Assembly (NCBI GenBank): GCA_903903925.1
Contig: CAIVAU010000183.1
Location: 69-64,068 of the forward strand
Direction of reading: 5' to 3'
Length of the DNA: 64,000 nt
Source: an uncultured cyanobacterium
GTDB taxonomy: Bacteria > Cyanobacteriota > Cyanobacteriia > Cyanobacteriales > Nostocaceae
The position numbers and the translations under genes were made by a program. Positions within the stretch are counted from its first letter, which is position 1, and each line of letters starts with the position of its first letter. The notes below the pieces were generated by a model. The model made no database searches and was not told the origin of the DNA. It saw only the letters and a list, made by a program, of their open reading frames with translations. Below, in pieces: positions 50,407 to 60,568 of the stretch.

Positions 50407-52196
50407 CCAGAAATCCGCTCCCACCAGTATTTGAGAATAGCCAAACTCCAGCGTCGAAACCAAGGTTTAAGAGATATATTGTTAGGAGTTTTTACATTGC
50501 TAAAGTAGTCGTGCCATTCAGTTGCCATCCACTGATCAAAGGGAAAGGAAAATCCCTTTTTGGGACGGTTGACAACCCATTCAGGTATTTCAGGAACAGC
50601 TGCAACCAATAATTGTTTTCCAAAAGCTAACCGGATATGACTAGGAATAGATGCTATCGCTTCTAGCAAATTGCGATCAACTAGAGGGACGCGTACTTCT
50701 AGTCCCCATGACATACTCATCACGTCGCTTTCTCTCAATAATTGATTACGCATGTAAAAACTCAGTTCTAGGAAGCTCACTTCATCTTCTATGGTGCAAG
50801 TTTGACCTCGACAATTTGGGATAAAAGTAGTGAGTGGGGGTTGATCGGGGAGATATTGATGAATAATTGCACACGCTTCTGCGTGGGAAAAAACTCCTCG
50901 GAAGCTACGATAGGCAGCAGATGAACTAGGGGTTTGCTGAAGGAAATCACCTAGGCGTTTGATTTTGGGTGACGTTCCCCAGTGTGATAATCCCATACCT
51001 ACGCCAGTCGCCAGGAGAGGAATTGCTTGCAGTTGCTTACTATAGGTCACCATATGCGGAATTTTTTGAAAAGAGTGGTATCCACCAAATAATTCATCTC
51101 CACCCAGTCCGGAAAGTGCTACTTTGGTGCCATTTTGATGGGCAATTTGGGATACACAAAAAGTATTAAAGCCATCGACACTTGGTTGGTCAATTGCTTC
51201 TAAGAATTTAGGTAAGAGCTGTTTGGCAGATGAAGCTGTCAGTTTGTATTCTGTATGTTTTGCACCAAACTCTTTTGCCGCTTGTTTGGCAATGTCCCCT
51301 TCATTCCACTGTTTTTCTTCAAAGGCTATGGAGTAGGTACATAACTGTTTATTTTGGGTTTGACTTGCTAAGGCAAGAATCATTGTTGAGTCAATGCCAC
51401 CACTGAGAAAAAGTCCTACAGGGACATCACTCACAAAGTGATGTTTTATGGAGTCAACTAGAGCAGTACGAACTTTTTCTTGAGCTTCTAAGGGTGAAAT
51501 TATTGTTGGAGTAAAGTTGATTTGCCAGTAGTGATGTTTGGTGATGCGATCGCGTTGCCAATACAGCCAGTGACCAGCTGCTAGACAGTGAATACCTTCA
51601 ATGAGAGTGTAGGGTTCTGGCACTGAACCACTAATGAGATAACCATATAATCCCTCAATGCTGAGGTTAATGGCAGGTAAACCAGAGGCGAGAATAGCTC
51701 TGAGTTCTGAGGCAAAAACTAAAGTTGAACCAGATTGCCAGTAGTAGAGGGGTTTAATTCCTAAAGGGTCACGCGCTAAAAAACAAATCTTTTCCCAGTC
51801 ATCCCAAATTGCAAAGGCAAACATCCCTCGTAAATGCTCAACACAGTCAGAACCCATTCTTTGGTAGAGTTTGAGGATGACTTCTGTATCTGTTTGCGAA
51901 TGGAACTGCTCGCCTTGGGAAATGAGATGGCGTCGCAGTTGTTGAAAGTTATAAATTTCACCATTGAATGTAATCCAGTAGCGCCCGTCAGGGGTTGACA
52001 TCGGCTGATGTCCAGCAGAACTGAGGTCAAGGATTGCAAGACGAGTATGAGTAAGGGCTGTTTGCGCTGAAGTTGAAATATAAATACCAGAATCATCAGG
52101 GCCACGGTGTTGGAGAGCAGTCTGTATCCGCCGAATTATTGTTTTTAAAGCACCCTGATCCTGATTAGCGGTGAGAATTCCCCCAATACCACACAT
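50403..52196 (-). CDS. asparagine synthase (glutamine-hydrolysing) family amidotransferase
   Basis: N-terminal MCGIGG nucleophile and the PP-loop FLSGGIDST. Confidence 0.92.
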   Translation of the reverse strand: MCGIGGILTANQDQGALKTIIRRIQTALQHRGPDDSGIYISTSAQTALTHTRLAILDLSSAGHQPMSTPDGRYWITFNGEIYNFQQLRRHLISQGEQFHSQTDTEVILKLYQRMGSDCVEHLRGMFAFAIWDDWEKICFLARDPLGIKPLYYWQSGSTLVFASELRAILASGLPAINLSIEGLYGYLISGSVPEPYTLIEGIHCLAAGHWLYWQRDRITKHHYWQINFTPTIISPLEAQEKVRTALVDSIKHHFVSDVPVGLFLSGGIDSTMILALASQTQNKQLCTYSIAFEEKQWNEGDIAKQAAKEFGAKHTEYKLTASSAKQLLPKFLEAIDQPSVDGFNTFCVSQIAHQNGTKVALSGLGGDELFGGYHSFQKIPHMVTYSKQLQAIPLLATGVGMGLSHWGTSPKIKRLGDFLQQTPSSSAAYRSFRGVFSHAEACAIIHQYLPDQPPLTTFIPNCRGQTCTIEDEVSFLELSFYMRNQLLRESDVMSMSWGLEVRVPLVDRNLLEAIASIPSHIRLAFGKQLLVAAVPEIPEWVVNRPKKGFSFPFDQWMATEWHDYFSNVKTPNNISLKPWFRRWSLAILKYWWERISG

Positions 52197-52200
52197 CTAG

Positions 52201-53364
52201 TTAGCTCCTTTTCATTGCCGGGAAGTGCTGATCCAAATGGCTAGCGAGAGTTTGTTGAAAACGGTCAAACCCAAATGTGTCAATGACCTTTTGGCGTAAA
52301 GCTTCGGGTTGATACATTAAAGAATTAGGATAAGCATAATGTATAATTTTAACTATTGCATTTATAATTTCACTGAGGTTGTCAGGATTAACCAGTGCGC
52401 CTAATTCCCCATGACAAAGAGCGTCAATTGCTCCATCCTGATTACCCCCTAAAACAGGTTTGCCACATGCTAGTGCTTCTAAATACACAATACCAAAACC
52501 TTCCCTTTTGCTAGGCATGGCGAAAACATCACAGAGATTGTAATAATCACAGATCTGCTGATCATGGACAAACCCAGCTAAGGTGACACGATCTTGTAGC
52601 CCTAGTCGGGCAATCAACTGCTCAATTCTAGCTCGATCATTTCCTTTGCCAACAATGATGTAGTGAACATCAGGAATTAGCTGGCGGATTTGAGGGAGTG
52701 CCTTTAAAATTTGATCGTATCCTTTGTACCGCTCAGCGGCTGCTAGTCGGGAAACAGTCAGCAGAATTGGCTGTTCTGGTTTTAGGTGATATTTCTTCAG
52801 CAAATAGATAGGTTTTGGCGCTCTTTTAAAGCGATGTGGATTGAATGTGTTAGGTAAGATAGAAACTTTGTTGGGGTCGAGGTTTTGTTCTTGGAGAAGG
52901 CGATCACGCGTATATCCACTGACAGCAAGAATTTTATCTGCATGTTGTAGAGCAGTTTTGATCGTAGCGTTTTTAATATCCCAAGCTTCTATACCGTGGG
53001 CGACCGTCCAGTAGGGAATGCCAGTCAGACGTTTCAGCCAGTGAGCAGCAACGGTGAAATTTAAGTGAGTTGTGATGATAAGGTCTGGACGCTCTTGAAG
53101 ACTTGTGCTAATAATTTGAGTAGAAAAGATGAGTGTACGGATTTTTATTGCCGCTGCCCCAGTAAAGTGGAACCGAGTCTGAGGTAAATAGGGGATGTCT
53201 GATGTAGCTTGCACATCATGCTTGAGGAAAACATCATATTGAGCTTGAGGATAGAGATTTTGTAGAGCCTGTAAGAAAAAAGCTGAATAGACTTGAATAC
53301 CACCCTTAAACCCAAACAGGTTGGGCATCCATAGATGAAACTTCATATTTTTGTAGGTTGGCAT
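52201..53364 (-). CDS. GT-B glycosyltransferase (GT4-like)
   Basis: VSRLAAAERYKGYD and SKREGFGIVYLEALACGKPVL. The start was set at the first ATG after the upstream stop (53364). Confidence 0.82.
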   Translation of the reverse strand: MPTYKNMKFHLWMPNLFGFKGGIQVYSAFFLQALQNLYPQAQYDVFLKHDVQATSDIPYLPQTRFHFTGAAAIKIRTLIFSTQIISTSLQERPDLIITTHLNFTVAAHWLKRLTGIPYWTVAHGIEAWDIKNATIKTALQHADKILAVSGYTRDRLLQEQNLDPNKVSILPNTFNPHRFKRAPKPIYLLKKYHLKPEQPILLTVSRLAAAERYKGYDQILKALPQIRQLIPDVHYIIVGKGNDRARIEQLIARLGLQDRVTLAGFVHDQQICDYYNLCDVFAMPSKREGFGIVYLEALACGKPVLGGNQDGAIDALCHGELGALVNPDNLSEIINAIVKIIHYAYPNSLMYQPEALRQKVIDTFGFDRFQQTLASHLDQHFPAMKRS

Positions 53365-53366
53365 TT

Positions 53367-54536
53367 TCAAATGATTTGGTACAGGGCATTGCTGAGTCCT
53401 TGAGTGGCTTGGGTATAACTGTAATGAGAGATGATGTTGCGGCTGTTCTCTCCCCATTGCTGCAAGCGTTGTCGGTCGGAAAATGCTTCCTGTAAACTAT
53501 AGGATAGAGCAGGTATATCACCGGCAGGAAAAATCAGACCATTTTCATGGGGATGAATCAGGTCTTGAGTACATCCCGCATGGTTACTGGCAATGACTGG
53601 GCGACCTAGACACATGGCTTCATTGATCATCAACCCCCAAGTTTCCCAGATACCATAACTTGGTAGTACCACTAGGTCTGCAACTGCATAAGTCCGTGGC
53701 ATCAAAGTTTGGTTTTGGAAGGGAGCAAAGTAGATATTTTTATACCCGGTGGCTTCCGATTTTAGGGCTGGTTCTAGGGAGCCAGATCCGACAAGTAAGA
53801 GCGATACTTGAGAAAGTTTTGCCTGCAAAAAGGCTCGGAGTAAATCTAAAGGTCGTTTTTTTGCTTCAAACTTACCAGCAAATAGAATCACTGCATGGTC
53901 GTCAGGAATGCCTAACTCCTTTTTCCAAGCAACTGCTTGCTGGCTTGCAGTTTGAGATTGAGCAAAGAAGCGATCGTTATCTACAGCATGGGGAGAGAAA
54001 AAGAGATGGTTGGCAGGAACACCATGATATCGAAAGTAATCATAGTTTGCTTTACCAACATAGAGACAGGCAGCATAACGCTGATAGATTAGAGAGATAA
54101 ATTGCCGACGTACCCATGCTTTGAGTCCAGTGGGTGGTAACAACCGATGAGAATCTCCTCGAAATAACAAAGGGACTTGGCGAGTATTCCAACTTGAGAG
54201 AAAGCGATAGAGACTAGCATAGTTATAACTCATCAATAACACTGCGTCAGGGTTAGATGCTCTAACTTGCGATTCCAAAGCAGGATTTTGTAAGCCCCAA
54301 AAGTGATGAGTGCCTGGATGAGGGCTGACGTTGGGCACAAACTCGTAATCGTACCCTGTGAGTAGGGGAATATCCCACTGCAAAGACTTTTGGAAGCCCG
54401 CATCGACCTGCTGTGTAACACCAAAATCCCAAAGATAAAACACCTTAATCGCAAAATCGGCACGACTAGCCAGATATCGAAACCAAGGTGCGTAGTACTG
54501 AATGGGATGGGAGGTAATGATAGCCAGTTTTTTCAT
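53367..54536 (-). CDS. GT-B glycosyltransferase (GT4-like)
   Basis: FAGKFEAKKRPLDLL and ETWGLMINEAMCLGRPVI. Confidence 0.8.
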   Translation of the reverse strand: MKKLAIITSHPIQYYAPWFRYLASRADFAIKVFYLWDFGVTQQVDAGFQKSLQWDIPLLTGYDYEFVPNVSPHPGTHHFWGLQNPALESQVRASNPDAVLLMSYNYASLYRFLSSWNTRQVPLLFRGDSHRLLPPTGLKAWVRRQFISLIYQRYAACLYVGKANYDYFRYHGVPANHLFFSPHAVDNDRFFAQSQTASQQAVAWKKELGIPDDHAVILFAGKFEAKKRPLDLLRAFLQAKLSQVSLLLVGSGSLEPALKSEATGYKNIYFAPFQNQTLMPRTYAVADLVVLPSYGIWETWGLMINEAMCLGRPVIASNHAGCTQDLIHPHENGLIFPAGDIPALSYSLQEAFSDRQRLQQWGENSRNIISHYSYTQATQGLSNALYQII

Positions 54537-56032
54537 GCTCTATCGGTAAAAATTGTGGGATTTGCCATCCAATAGCTCCTCATGAGAAACAGCACAATAC
54601 CACCAAGTACTACGCTGGACTGAAATAAAGCTGCGACATACACTCCAGCCGTCCATTCAGTTTGAAAAGCGAAGGTCATCATTAGTACAGCAAACAGAGA
54701 GCGATCTGAAAGAATTGGTGTATTGAGACTCCAACGTGTAGACTGACCGTAGACTACCCCGAGGACAATGGCAAGTCCGCCGCAGCCAAGCAAACCAAAA
54801 TTGGCATAGGACTCAGCTAATAATCCCCAGCCAATGGTTGTGGTGAAAGTATCTTGGCGGGTTTGCAATCCGTAATGAATATTCAAAATATAAGTGCCTT
54901 CATGACTACGAATTTTATCGGCATTAAAGATTCGAGGCACGAGTAACTGCGGTAGAATAGCGTAAGTTTGTCCATATAAGAAAGGTAGAGTATCAGGGCT
55001 TTTATCTTGGGCTAAAAGCAGCAAGTGAATAACACTTGAACGCTGAAACAATGAGGCTCTTTCTTGGGATTTTGGTAAATCATTCTGCTCGCCAAGAAAT
55101 TTGAAAGAGTAGCCAGTCCATTCGGCATACCAAGCAGGGTAATCCCAAGGTTGAAGGAAGGTGGGTTGCCCACTAAACCAGTATTTGGCTCGCATCTCTC
55201 CTTCGCCGTAGTGCAGCACTGACAGACACACCAAGACAATCAGGATGGTAAGTGTGGGTATCTTTTGACGACCGATGATAAAGGCGATCGTGGCTACCAG
55301 AAACGTAGATGCGGCTCCTACAATGAGTAGTCCAATCGCATTCGTTATCATGTTGGCAACCAGTAAAAATAAAAACAAACTAGCTTGCACTTTGGATAGC
55401 TCTTGAGTTCCTAACTGGTAGGCTAGGGCAAAGGTAGCTAAAGCAGTTAATCCTAAAATTGCACCGCGAACAATGGAAAATATCCCTCCATCTAGGAAAA
55501 ACCAACCCCCAACAAAATACATGTTGAATAGAACACCAGCCACCATAACCCATAAAAAAAACGCTTGACCCTTGTGACTACTCAAGGCGCGATAGGATTT
55601 TGGTGGCAAAGGAGTAGATTTGACAAATTGAAACCAGACAAAAGTTCCGAGTCCCAAAAAACCTGCGACTGTGCAACTGGCGAAGAAGTGACTGGCACTT
55701 GAGTAGGACATGACCTTGGAATGGTTACCGACCAGAGGTAAAGCATAAGTCCAAATAAATGTCAGAGAAAAAAACGGGAAAATTGGCATTCCTTGCGCTT
55801 GACCTGAACACCATAGGTAGCAGGGTAGGAGAGCGGCAGCAGTGATTAAGATAGCGCTAAAATTAGTCACTAAAGAGCTACTTTCAGAACTGGTTCCAGT
55901 CGAGAAAAGTTCAAATAAAAACAGTCCTAGAGCAACAAGCCAAAATGCCTTGAGTAGTTGTCGTTGATTGTTTTGTAAGAGTAGAGGGAGGAAGGCTAAC
56001 GGTTGTGGGGTAGGTTCTAAGTTGCTAAACAT
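54533..56032 (-). CDS. polytopic membrane protein, Wzy / O-antigen-ligase-like polymerase candidate
   Basis: About 12 predicted hydrophobic helices with one larger loop (YGEGEMRAKYWFSG...). Cluster context. No motif-level proof. Confidence 0.45.
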   Translation of the reverse strand: MFSNLEPTPQPLAFLPLLLQNNQRQLLKAFWLVALGLFLFELFSTGTSSESSSLVTNFSAILITAAALLPCYLWCSGQAQGMPIFPFFSLTFIWTYALPLVGNHSKVMSYSSASHFFASCTVAGFLGLGTFVWFQFVKSTPLPPKSYRALSSHKGQAFFLWVMVAGVLFNMYFVGGWFFLDGGIFSIVRGAILGLTALATFALAYQLGTQELSKVQASLFLFLLVANMITNAIGLLIVGAASTFLVATIAFIIGRQKIPTLTILIVLVCLSVLHYGEGEMRAKYWFSGQPTFLQPWDYPAWYAEWTGYSFKFLGEQNDLPKSQERASLFQRSSVIHLLLLAQDKSPDTLPFLYGQTYAILPQLLVPRIFNADKIRSHEGTYILNIHYGLQTRQDTFTTTIGWGLLAESYANFGLLGCGGLAIVLGVVYGQSTRWSLNTPILSDRSLFAVLMMTFAFQTEWTAGVYVAALFQSSVVLGGIVLFLMRSYWMANPTIFTDRA

Positions 56033-56159
56033 TTGTTGTCAACCATGCAGAGGGTTCTGTGGCACTATATCCACCAATAAGATAGCCATGTGTAATAAGG
56101 ACACCGTAAGCTAAGAGAAGTCGTAATAAGTCAAAACAGTTGTGCCGTTCTAGTATCAT
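56025..56159 (-). pseudogene. N-terminal remnant (44 codons) of an acyltransferase-3 (OafA-type) O-acyltransferase
   Basis: MILERHNCFDLLRLLLAYGVLITHGYLIGGYSATEPSAWLTTNV*. The NxFDLLRLxxAxxVxxxH pattern is the usual start of acyltransferase-3 proteins (normally over 330 aa). The stop overlaps the start of the next gene. Confidence 0.5.
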
Positions 56160-56261
56160 TTTTTTGTTTTACCTGAGAAATTTTGGATGGCTGAAAATGT
56201 TAGGGATTTATTACTAGGATTCCCTAAAATTTTTAAAAGTAACCAGTCTCAGGCTTAATGA

Positions 56262-57563
56262 TTACGTAAGACACTGATCAAATATGGCACATTGTTTACG
56301 AGTCATTTCTCGAGATGTATAAGGTTGAAAGGCTGTCCAGTTGGTTTCTGGTTGATATCCTTTGGGCAAAGACAGCAGCTTTTGCAGTTGAATCTTCACC
56401 TCAGCTAGTAAGTCCTCAGGTTGATTTTCTGGTGCAAAAGTTATAGCCCGACCTGCTTGACAGTGGTGTAAAATGTCCACGACAGAACTCTCTTGATGGA
56501 AAATTGCTAAAATAGGTTTGCGAGCTAGAATGCAGGGGTAGAGCTTGGAAGCAGTATACCCAGAGTCATTGGAGCCAATTAGTAAGATGGCATCACTATC
56601 GGTAAGCACCTGTAGCGCTTCAAAGTAGGGAATGCGATGGGTATGTTCTGTGACTAAATCGGCAACTCCTAGCTCTTGGGCGATAGGTTCTACAGTTTTG
56701 ACAGAGCGGTGTTTTGGAGCGTAGCTGGTACCAACAAAGTGTAGCTGGACGGATTGCCATTGTTCAGGATTTTGGTAACGCTCGCATTGGATGCCTAGAA
56801 ATAAACTTCGGAGTGCCAATGTCATATCATTGCCACCTCTACCTACGTAAACCCAATGACGCTTACCATCGTTGCGGTCAAATATTTTCTGCTGGATATT
56901 GAGGGAGGGGAGTTGCTCGAAGTCAGTTTCAGATGCGCCAAAAGGTATAACTGTCAACTGTTCTGGATGTAGCCATGAATATCGCTTAAGTAAAGTTTTA
57001 GGATATTGTGGTGAAACGCTGATTACATGGCTTACTCGACGCAGTGTCCAAGATTCGAGAAACCGAGCCATGGCTTGGGATAAACCATACTTAAATTGCC
57101 CACCAGGTGGTTTCAGTGCTTGTGGACGACTGTAATAATCGCTAAACCAAGGATCTTGGAAGTCAAGTACGTAGGGTAGACCATATTGAGAATGCCAGTA
57201 GCGTCCTAGAAACATGACATGAAACATAGTTGTGGAAAAAAAAATTAAATCTGGCTTGGCTGCTTTAATAATTTCGCTACCAAGTTGAGCTAAATGAAAA
57301 AAACTTCGTAATCCTACACTCTGAATTCCAATCCAGCGTGTCCAAACTTTGGGGAAGCACTCCGCTTGCCAAGTCTGGATACTATCACAAATAGTTCTAC
57401 TCAAATCTTCATCCTTGAGTCCTTCCTGCTCATTAGGATTTATCTTTAGAATTAGAGGCTCCCAACCAAAATCACTAAAAAATTGTAGAGACATGCGAAC
57501 ACGATGTATATCTGGGCAGGAAATTGGTGGCCAATTTGGTGTAACAATTAGAACTTTCTTCAT
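56262..57563 (-). CDS. probable GT-B glycosyltransferase
   Basis: 433 aa. N-terminal MKKVLIVTPNWPP and a C-terminal Rossmann-like LIGSNDSGYTASKLYPCILARKPILAI. Cluster context. Confidence 0.5.
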   Translation of the reverse strand: MKKVLIVTPNWPPISCPDIHRVRMSLQFFSDFGWEPLILKINPNEQEGLKDEDLSRTICDSIQTWQAECFPKVWTRWIGIQSVGLRSFFHLAQLGSEIIKAAKPDLIFFSTTMFHVMFLGRYWHSQYGLPYVLDFQDPWFSDYYSRPQALKPPGGQFKYGLSQAMARFLESWTLRRVSHVISVSPQYPKTLLKRYSWLHPEQLTVIPFGASETDFEQLPSLNIQQKIFDRNDGKRHWVYVGRGGNDMTLALRSLFLGIQCERYQNPEQWQSVQLHFVGTSYAPKHRSVKTVEPIAQELGVADLVTEHTHRIPYFEALQVLTDSDAILLIGSNDSGYTASKLYPCILARKPILAIFHQESSVVDILHHCQAGRAITFAPENQPEDLLAEVKIQLQKLLSLPKGYQPETNWTAFQPYTSREMTRKQCAIFDQCLT

Positions 57564-57581
57564 ACAAACTTTTAATTCCGT

Positions 57582-58445
57582 TTAGCATATAGGTTGAGCA
57601 ATAATATTGTCCCAACCAGTTAAAAATTCATCATCAAAAGGTTGTATTGAGCCATCACGACGAATTAAATTTATGGAATATCGATGATCCTGGAGTAGCG
57701 ATAAAGATTCACGCCATAACCCATGACCAATCTCCATGAATAACACCCCTATTGACTGTTGAGATAGAAGATTCTCTGCACCCTTGAGTACTTCTAGCTC
57801 GTAGCCTTCCACATCTAGTTTCATCAAGTCAATTTGAGTAATGTCGCGGCTTTTGCACCAATTATCAAGATTTACAGTCTTGACTTCCGTGATTGTGTCC
57901 TGGCTACTAACTTTCTCGTGAGGTGATAACAAGTGACCAAATACTCCTAACCCATTAGGTGGAATTGCCATTTGACTAACGCCTTCTTGACCACTCACGG
58001 CTATATTAAAAGCTTGAATTTCTGAGTAGCCATTTAGGTCTACATTCTGCTGAAACTTAGCAAATTCTAGAGGATTGGGTTCAAACCCGAAAATCGTAGC
58101 TCCAATTAAACTCTGCTGACGACAGTAGGCAGCTGTTACAAGACTGTAAAGACCAATATTAGCTCCAACATCTAGGATGGTAAGGTTGGGTCGATTTAGC
58201 AACCGACGCCATAATTGCAACTCCGCCCACTCATATTGCCCTCTATAAAATAGAGATCCAACACCAATATCTTGTGGCTGAGCTATTACTTGAAAACCAT
58301 ATTCTGTCATAAATTTCAGTGTGAATTGGTGTTGACCATAAAATTTCCATAATAAACGCCTCCGGATTGCCGCAATAGGATTGGTATAAAATTGAGGATG
58401 TTGGAATAAACCTACACGCATTTTGAGCCAATCAGATAGTTTCAT
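57582..58445 (-). CDS. FkbM-family methyltransferase
   Basis: ILDVGANIGLYS, GFEPNP, LMKLDVEGYELEVLKG. Confidence 0.82.
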   Translation of the reverse strand: MKLSDWLKMRVGLFQHPQFYTNPIAAIRRRLLWKFYGQHQFTLKFMTEYGFQVIAQPQDIGVGSLFYRGQYEWAELQLWRRLLNRPNLTILDVGANIGLYSLVTAAYCRQQSLIGATIFGFEPNPLEFAKFQQNVDLNGYSEIQAFNIAVSGQEGVSQMAIPPNGLGVFGHLLSPHEKVSSQDTITEVKTVNLDNWCKSRDITQIDLMKLDVEGYELEVLKGAENLLSQQSIGVLFMEIGHGLWRESLSLLQDHRYSINLIRRDGSIQPFDDEFLTGWDNIIAQPIC

Positions 58446-58490
58446 AAGTATTAATGTAAAAGGGAACGGGGAACAGGGAACAGTGACGTG

Positions 58491-59633
58491 CTAATAAATC
58501 TTTAATTCTTGTAAAAGCTGGTGAAATCGATGAACCCAAGTATGATGCTCTAGGCAATGAGTTTGAGATGCTTGGGCTATTTTTTCTCGTTCTGCAGGAT
58601 AATTGAGATAATATCGGATTTTTTCTATTAATTCAGAGAAATTATTCCAAGTCACAACATGCTTTCCGACTTGAAACAATTCCCTGAGTTGAGTGCAATC
58701 TTGTGTGATATAAAATCCGCCAAGCATAGGGATTTCAAACTCTCGTAATCGTACCTGTCTCCGCTCTGTTAATGTTTCAGGTGTGCCGAGAAAATGGGTA
58801 AAGCCTAAGTTAATTGCTGCTCCTTGGACAAGTGATGCAAAATCAGTATTTGCATAAGAGCCACCAATATACTCAGAGGGTATCTCAGTAGAAATATTTA
58901 TTGATGGAATAGATCGAAGTCGGTTTTGAAAGGTTTCCCATAATCTCGACCAACCTTCTGATTGCAATCGAGGCAAAAGATAATAATGCAGATCGTGAAG
59001 ATTTTTACGGTAGGGTTGAGCTTGGGAAGGATCAGGAGTGTGCCTTTGCCAGTTGTGTCCATAAATTCTCAGGGGAATTTTCTGTTGAGCTATGTCACCC
59101 AGAACTCTAACACGGTAAGTCCAAGGTGAGCCAAGATAAAGGACACCGTTGAATGAAATACTTTCTGTTGAAGACTGATTGGTGGGGGTAGATGGATTTG
59201 CTGCCATTGGCATGTAGTATGGACGAATTCTGGCATGACGTAGACTATCCCAGTAGTCCATTTGGGCACAGGCGACTCGATCAAAGTACTTGCCTGTTCG
59301 TAAAATTCGATACCACTGTCCTAACAGATCAACGTGGTAGTTTACCATAGGAACATCAAGGGCACGTAACTTTTGGGCTGTCTCTACCTCCAGTACATCG
59401 TCGTAGATGACTGCAAAGATTAGATCAAGTCTTCCCTCAGCCTTAAGACGTTTTGCCGTTTTTAGAAGTTGAACGTTAAGTTGGTGGTTGGTTTCTAAAC
59501 CAACAGTACTCCAGTCTTTTCCCATATGAGTACCGTAGAAAAACTCTTCTACTGAACACCCTAAGCGTCGCCAACCTTCCGAGAGGTTTTTTGACATCCA
59601 GCCACCTTTACAAAGAACAGTTAAGATATGCAT
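58491..59633 (-). CDS. CgeB-like / DUF3880-type glycosyltransferase candidate
   Basis: C-terminal REFEIPMLGGFYITQDC...EKIRYYLNYPAEREKIAQASQ resembles the CgeB-family C-terminal domain. From memory only. Confidence 0.45.
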   Translation of the reverse strand: MHILTVLCKGGWMSKNLSEGWRRLGCSVEEFFYGTHMGKDWSTVGLETNHQLNVQLLKTAKRLKAEGRLDLIFAVIYDDVLEVETAQKLRALDVPMVNYHVDLLGQWYRILRTGKYFDRVACAQMDYWDSLRHARIRPYYMPMAANPSTPTNQSSTESISFNGVLYLGSPWTYRVRVLGDIAQQKIPLRIYGHNWQRHTPDPSQAQPYRKNLHDLHYYLLPRLQSEGWSRLWETFQNRLRSIPSINISTEIPSEYIGGSYANTDFASLVQGAAINLGFTHFLGTPETLTERRQVRLREFEIPMLGGFYITQDCTQLRELFQVGKHVVTWNNFSELIEKIRYYLNYPAEREKIAQASQTHCLEHHTWVHRFHQLLQELKIY

Positions 59634-59639
59634 AGAAGT

Positions 59640-60476
59640 TCAGCAAGGTAAAAACAAACCATTGGTGTGATCGGGAAGTTGATCGGGACTGTAAAGTTGA
59701 TTGTGGTCAAAAAGATAGCAACAATAGCCAAATTTGCTGAGATAATCTCGAATTCGTTGACCGTTGCTTCCAGCCAATTCTGCATAAATAGCTTTGATCC
59801 GTTGTTTTTTTAGTAGTTCTTCAGATCCTTGTAGAGCTGGAATCTCAAAGCCTTCCACATCTAATTTCCACAAATCTACAGTTTCGATAGAACGTGTTAC
59901 TAACACATCTACTAGGCGTACAATCTCGATTTTTTCACCTTCATTGTCAGAGTCAGATATTTGGTTCCATGCACCATGAATATAATTTGGTCCAAGACTT
60001 TTAAGAGATAGTTGAGATGGGCATGCACCAAGACCTAATCGAAGAATTTCTATAGGTAGATTAGTATGAACAGTTAGACATTCTTCTAACCAATCGGCTG
60101 CTTCTCTACCAGGTTCAAATGCTAATATTATGCCCTGTGGTATCCACTGAGCAAGATACATTAGCATTTGACCAATATTTGCGCCTGAGTCTACTATTAC
60201 CGCGTTTGCGGGAAGGTATTTCTGAGCCCAATTAAGAAATGATGCACCTTCATACTTGCCATAAACAATCCATCTATGAGTCGAGTTTGCTAAGTCAAGT
60301 TTCCAAGGAATGCCTGCTCCAGTTTTGACCCAACAAATACCTCTGGATGCAATTGCTGTGCCGAAAAGATATTCACAAATTCCTAGTTTATGGGGAAAAT
60401 CTATGGATTGTAGCCATGACAGAGGTAATGGAAGAGAGTATAAGTTTTGAGCTTGATGAGTAATTTTTGTCGTCAT
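59640..60476 (-). CDS. FkbM-family methyltransferase
   Basis: VIVDSGANIGQM, AFEPGR, LWKLDVEGFEIPALQG. Confidence 0.82.
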   Translation of the reverse strand: MTTKITHQAQNLYSLPLPLSWLQSIDFPHKLGICEYLFGTAIASRGICWVKTGAGIPWKLDLANSTHRWIVYGKYEGASFLNWAQKYLPANAVIVDSGANIGQMLMYLAQWIPQGIILAFEPGREAADWLEECLTVHTNLPIEILRLGLGACPSQLSLKSLGPNYIHGAWNQISDSDNEGEKIEIVRLVDVLVTRSIETVDLWKLDVEGFEIPALQGSEELLKKQRIKAIYAELAGSNGQRIRDYLSKFGYCCYLFDHNQLYSPDQLPDHTNGLFLPC

Positions 60477-60568
60477 TTTATTCTGAAGTTAATATTTTAG
60501 CATCTGTAACAATGCTGGTGCTCCCAGACTAGCTAGTAGAGGAGCACGTAGGCGTTTATTTTTAACAT

